Assembly (NCBI GenBank): GCA_002256025.1
Contig: NKIB01012145.1
Span: 1-64,000 of the forward strand
Origin: Asterionella formosa
Lineage: Eukaryota
Direction: 5' to 3'
DNA: 64,000 nucleotides
In this document: positions 59,954-64,000 of the stretch, piece after piece
Layout of the letters: every line of letters starts with the position of its first letter
How positions within the stretch are numbered: the first letter of the stretch is position 1
The notes under the pieces: generated by a model
Told to the model about the DNA's origin: nothing
What the model saw: only the letters and a program-made list of their open reading frames with translations
Databases searched by the model: none
Position numbers and translations under genes: made by a program

Positions 59954-62900
59954 ATGAAAGCTACATCTTGCACGATCAATGAAGGAGCAGATGTAGACGA
60001 TTTTGACCAGCCTTTGAAGTTCGATCATCCAGAAGAACCAGAAACCACGGATGAAGACGATACAACGAAGCCAAGCGAGAAAGATTCAATTGCACCCAGT
60101 ATGGACATTGAGAGGATCCTGAATGGTGCCTGTCGTGGCGACGACCTCTTCGGTCGAAACAAAGAGCGTTCCGAGCTACTTAAAAGCTACAATGAAATGA
60201 AAGAAGGGGGTCCAAATACTCTCGTGCTTATTTCAGGGCCAGCTGGAGCAGGCAAGACTGTACTGGCAGAGAGCGTGCGAGCGTTCGTCCAAAAAGACCT
60301 AGGATACTGTATGAGTGTCACATTTGATACGAAAGCAGACATGGTTGCTGGACCAAGAGTCATGGTGGCTGTTCTGGACAAGATGATTGCATCAATTATC
60401 GCGAAAGGCCAAGAGGCTATGGATGCTGTGAAAGTTGCAGTCGAGCAATCAGCCGATATTGATATAGCAGCGTTGGTTGAGGTAGTACCGTCTCTCAAAG
60501 CAATTCTTGGTGATGATCACGGTGAACTCACATTCTCTCGCCTTGTTGATCATTCATGTCGAAAGACACTAATTATCAGAGCCTTTTTTCAAGCAATATG
60601 TTCTCCGACCTGTCCAGTTGTCCTTATTGCCAACAATGTTGAATCTGCCGACCCTTTCGCCGTCAGCATCTTGCGATATTTAATGTTTGGTGCAAAGAAA
60701 TGCATGCTGTTTGTTGCAACGTGTCGACAACAAGTGACTGATTCCGCCAAGTCCCTTCTCGAAGGTCTTCAAAATGAAGGCGTCGTTGTCAAGAATATAG
60801 CTCTGGAAAACCTAAATGAAGCCACTACTGCAAGAATGGTTTCTAATCTCTTGATAACAACTCCTGACTCTTGTGTGACAGTATCAAACAGCATCTTTCA
60901 ATATTCGAGTGGAAACCCACTATTCATTGTTGAATTGTTGCGTTTCTTGTATGAAACAGATTTGATCGTTTTTGACGAAGCTTCAAGCAATTGGTCATGC
61001 AATCCACAACTTACAGACTCAGTGATTCAGAATTTTCAAAGTCTCCGCGATGTACTCATTAAAAGGCTGTTGTTGGAAACAAAAGGCGTGCAAGAGCTTT
61101 TGAAGGTCGCTGCTTGTTTAGGGTATACACTCAATGAACATCTCCTGTCTATCGCTCTTTCAGCCCCTGTATCGCAATATGTGTCTATTGCTGCAGATCA
61201 TGGATTGCTATCATATATCGAAAGTGGAGGTTACTACTGCTTTGCAAACAACGCTGTTTATGAGGCCTCGTACTCGTTGATCTCCGCAAACGAACTTTCT
61301 GCCTTTCATGTGGCCATTGGTCGAAAGATTTGGCGCGGTTTAGATGAAGAGGTGCTGCCAGAATATGTCCCGCAGATTTTGTTTCAAGTCAATCATGGTA
61401 TCAGCTTAATAAAAAGTCCAAGAGAAAAGTATGCTTTGGCCACTTTTCACCTTCAAGTTGCCGAAACAGCAGCCAAGAAGTCAAACTTTTCTGCAGCATC
61501 TATTGCACTTGATGGCGCAGTACGTTTGCTCAGTAAAAATCACTGGAGTGAGCAATACGAACTCAGTTTGTCAATATTTAACTATGCAGCAGAAGTTGAA
61601 TATACCAGAGGCAACTTCGAGAAGGTCAACGAGTATATTGATGAAATCCAAAGGAATGCCGTACACTTGGATGATATGTTGCAAGCGAAGACGACTAAAA
61701 TACAGACACTTATTGCTAAAGATAAGTTTGGTGACGCTACAGATGCTGCATTGGAGGCATTGTCTCAACTTGGGGAGACTTTCCCCTTAAGGCCATCCCA
61801 TGCTTTGATTCAAATTGAATTCATGAAGACCCGGCGCTTGCTACGAGGCCGAAGTGACGAAAACTTGTTAAGACTACCTACAATGAGAGACACCCGAAAA
61901 GGTGCTGCTATGCAGCTGATGAATGCTGTTTTCTCAAGCGTATATCTTGCCAAACCGATGCTTGGGCCACTGTTATGTTTCAGGATGATTCGACTGACGC
62001 TTCAACATGGGCTTTGTGCTATATCAAGTTTCGCATTCACTACGTATGGCATGCTCCTCTGTGGCTATAGCTTTGATTTCAAAGGTGGATATCGGTATGG
62101 GCAGCTTGCACTGAAGCTCTTAGATAGATTTGCAGCTAAGGAATGGCTTCCTCGCGTTTATGCTGGAGTCTTTGGAATCATTCATGGATGGAATCTCCCG
62201 ATGGAATCAGCATTGGAACCATTATCTCGTGCAGTGCGGGTCGGACTAGAAACCGGTGATATTGAATTTGCTTGCCTTAATGCAGCAATTTTGAATTTTA
62301 TGCAGTTTGACCTGGGAAAGCCTCTGCAAGAGTTGAAAGCACAAATCGAAAAGAATTCTAGCGAGATGAGAATGTTGAAACAGGAATCGAGTGTAAAAAT
62401 GCAGGAATCATTCCTCCACATGGTAAATGTATTCTTGGACCTTGACGAGGGTGCACAGGTCCGACAATTTCAGTCCAATCATGGAATCCCTGACAACTGG
62501 ATTCACTGTCATAAATGCGCTACAAGCTACATTTTTGGCGATTTTGAAATGGCTCTAGCTGAAGGCAATCTTGCGCAAAGATGTGGCGATCCTCCCTATA
62601 AAGGTGTTGACATAGCTTTTGGGATTGTGTTTCACGGCTTAGCTTGTTTGGCGGTATGCCAAACGGCTGGAAACAATCAGCGAAAATTAATAGCAAACGC
62701 AAAGAGGCACATGAAGCTTATTGAACGAATTTCTCATGGTGCGCCAGAGTATTGTCTAGGGAAACTGTTCCTTTTACGAGCTGAGTTATCTGTTGTGAGG
62801 GGCCAGTTTGACAAGGCCCGCTCGGAGTATATTTCAGCAATAGCTCTTGCAACAAAAAGTGCTCTTCTGATGGATCTGGGCGTTGCAAACGAGAGAGCAG

Positions 62901-63031
62901 GGCGTTTTATGCAGATGCTTGGAGACCCCCGGGGTCTCCCTCTTTTGAATGAAGCTGTTGTCGTGTTTGAGAAGTGGGGCGCGAAGTCAAAGGCAAGGAT
63001 GTTGCGGGAGAAGCTTGCTGTTCTGTTATAA
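59954..63031 (+). CDS. STAND/AAA ATPase + TPR-like protein resembling the core of bacterial multi-sensor ATPases (COG3899-like), without kinase or sensor domains
   Basis: 'LFGRNKE', Walker A 'GPAGAGKT', 'GNPLFI', 'LKVAACLG', 'GYRYGQLALKL', 'GLETGDIEFA', 'ANERAG' and C-terminal 'WGAKSKA'. Single intronless ORF. Confidence 0.8.
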   Translation: MKATSCTINEGADVDDFDQPLKFDHPEEPETTDEDDTTKPSEKDSIAPSMDIERILNGACRGDDLFGRNKERSELLKSYNEMKEGGPNTLVLISGPAGAGKTVLAESVRAFVQKDLGYCMSVTFDTKADMVAGPRVMVAVLDKMIASIIAKGQEAMDAVKVAVEQSADIDIAALVEVVPSLKAILGDDHGELTFSRLVDHSCRKTLIIRAFFQAICSPTCPVVLIANNVESADPFAVSILRYLMFGAKKCMLFVATCRQQVTDSAKSLLEGLQNEGVVVKNIALENLNEATTARMVSNLLITTPDSCVTVSNSIFQYSSGNPLFIVELLRFLYETDLIVFDEASSNWSCNPQLTDSVIQNFQSLRDVLIKRLLLETKGVQELLKVAACLGYTLNEHLLSIALSAPVSQYVSIAADHGLLSYIESGGYYCFANNAVYEASYSLISANELSAFHVAIGRKIWRGLDEEVLPEYVPQILFQVNHGISLIKSPREKYALATFHLQVAETAAKKSNFSAASIALDGAVRLLSKNHWSEQYELSLSIFNYAAEVEYTRGNFEKVNEYIDEIQRNAVHLDDMLQAKTTKIQTLIAKDKFGDATDAALEALSQLGETFPLRPSHALIQIEFMKTRRLLRGRSDENLLRLPTMRDTRKGAAMQLMNAVFSSVYLAKPMLGPLLCFRMIRLTLQHGLCAISSFAFTTYGMLLCGYSFDFKGGYRYGQLALKLLDRFAAKEWLPRVYAGVFGIIHGWNLPMESALEPLSRAVRVGLETGDIEFACLNAAILNFMQFDLGKPLQELKAQIEKNSSEMRMLKQESSVKMQESFLHMVNVFLDLDEGAQVRQFQSNHGIPDNWIHCHKCATSYIFGDFEMALAEGNLAQRCGDPPYKGVDIAFGIVFHGLACLAVCQTAGNNQRKLIANAKRHMKLIERISHGAPEYCLGKLFLLRAELSVVRGQFDKARSEYISAIALATKSALLMDLGVANERAGRFMQMLGDPRGLPLLNEAVVVFEKWGAKSKARMLREKLAVLL

Positions 63032-63217
63032 TAGCAAGGTGTGAGTAGTGGAGCCTCTATACCAATAGTGTGAGAGTTCGCTTCCTACACTACTGCCCTG
63101 TTTGGATTGAGTCAAACCTATACTAAAAGCGAAGGCTACAAGTGTAACACAATATTCATATGATGTAACTTATGACATCGTAAGAGCCTATGTAGTCCCC
63201 ACAATTGCCCCGTGCAA

Positions 63218-64000
63218 CTAGAGGTCCATGCTGCCTTGAGAGTCATCGAGAGCCATCCGTTGCACCTTCTCGCTCGCAGAAACTGATGCATTGGTTTTGT
63301 CTAAAAACGGCCCATTACTAGCACCTTTTCCAGCTACCCCGAACGCCTTAGGATTTATGGTTACGCTCTTGGTGCAGTTATTGGTCTTATAGATGCCGAC
63401 AAGTCGATCTGCTAGTTCAAACATGTTGTTGCGCAATGAAATAATGATGAATTGAGCATTCTTCGTCCTCTCTTTGATATAGTTCGCCACAATTGAAACA
63501 TTCTTGAAATCCAAAGCGGCGTCAATTTCGTCCATGACGTACAACGGAGTGGGCTTGTAGTGATGGAGTGCAAATACCAAAGCCAATGACGACAAGGTTT
63601 TTTCTCCGCCGGACAAGTTTGCGATATTTTTCCATGACTTTTTGGGAGGCCGAACTGAAAACACAATCCCTTCAGAAAAGGGGTCAAGAGAGTCAACTAG
63701 TTCAAGCTCAGCGTCACCACCAAGCGTGATCATCTGGTACATCTCCTTCAGTTTGAGCGTGATCGTGCCAAACCCATCCATAAATTTGTCCAGACGGAGT
63801 CGTCGGAGTTCTTCGTGCGCCTTCCTTGCTGCATTCCTCTCTTCGGAGACAGTGTCTAGTTCACTTACGCGAGCAAGATAGTCCGCTTCTTTCTTGCGGT
63901 ACTCCGCAATAGCTCCCATGTTTGCGTTCTTTGCGAGTGATGCCTTCTCGGATTCCAGTGTGTTGATATCCCCCTTTACCTCAATGAGATCATACTGCTC
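63218..64000 (-). CDS. SMC4: Structural maintenance of chromosomes 4 (condensin), C-terminal part; gene continues beyond the window
   Basis: 'GGDAELELVDSLDPFSEGIVFSVRPPKKSWK', signature 'LSGGEKTLSSLAL', Walker B 'VMDEIDAALD' and 'IISLRNNMFELA'. Confidence 0.95.
   Translation of the reverse strand, partial: EQYDLIEVKGDINTLESEKASLAKNANMGAIAEYRKKEADYLARVSELDTVSEERNAARKAHEELRRLRLDKFMDGFGTITLKLKEMYQMITLGGDAELELVDSLDPFSEGIVFSVRPPKKSWKNIANLSGGEKTLSSLALVFALHHYKPTPLYVMDEIDAALDFKNVSIVANYIKERTKNAQFIIISLRNNMFELADRLVGIYKTNNCTKSVTINPKAFGVAGKGASNGPFLDKTNASVSASEKVQRMALDDSQGSMDL

Overview
Eukaryotic nuclear DNA, most likely from a diatom. This is inferred from two genes with signal peptide + ASAFAP-type plastid-targeting motifs, short GT-AG introns and compact genes. 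About 15 protein-coding genes: WRAP53/TCAB1-like WD40, calpain-7/PalB, M11 gametolysin-like protease, PPR-like protein, FYVE-lipase-FYVE, 7-exon soluble adenylate cyclase-like STAND protein, PrmA-like methyltransferase, plastid trigger-factor-like protein, J-domain protein, a frameshifted Upf1-like/UvrD double helicase, condensin CND1, ABHD13, MPBQ/MSBQ methyltransferase, SDR/epimerase, a STAND ATPase-TPR protein and the 3' end of SMC4. Decayed mobile elements include a Ty3/Gypsy copy, a DD39D-type mariner remnant and small repeats. Three signals stand out. (1) A tRNA-derived SINE family in two copies, each with its own target-site duplication; one interrupts the mariner transposase, and the body is rich in hairpins with a possible pseudoknot. 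(2) The palindrome TACCGGTA occurs at least 27 times by eye, almost all outside confident coding sequence and concentrated near gene 5' ends. (3) A helicase - RelE-like - helicase fusion gene resembles defence-system architectures. All calls come from reading motifs by eye; no database searches were run.
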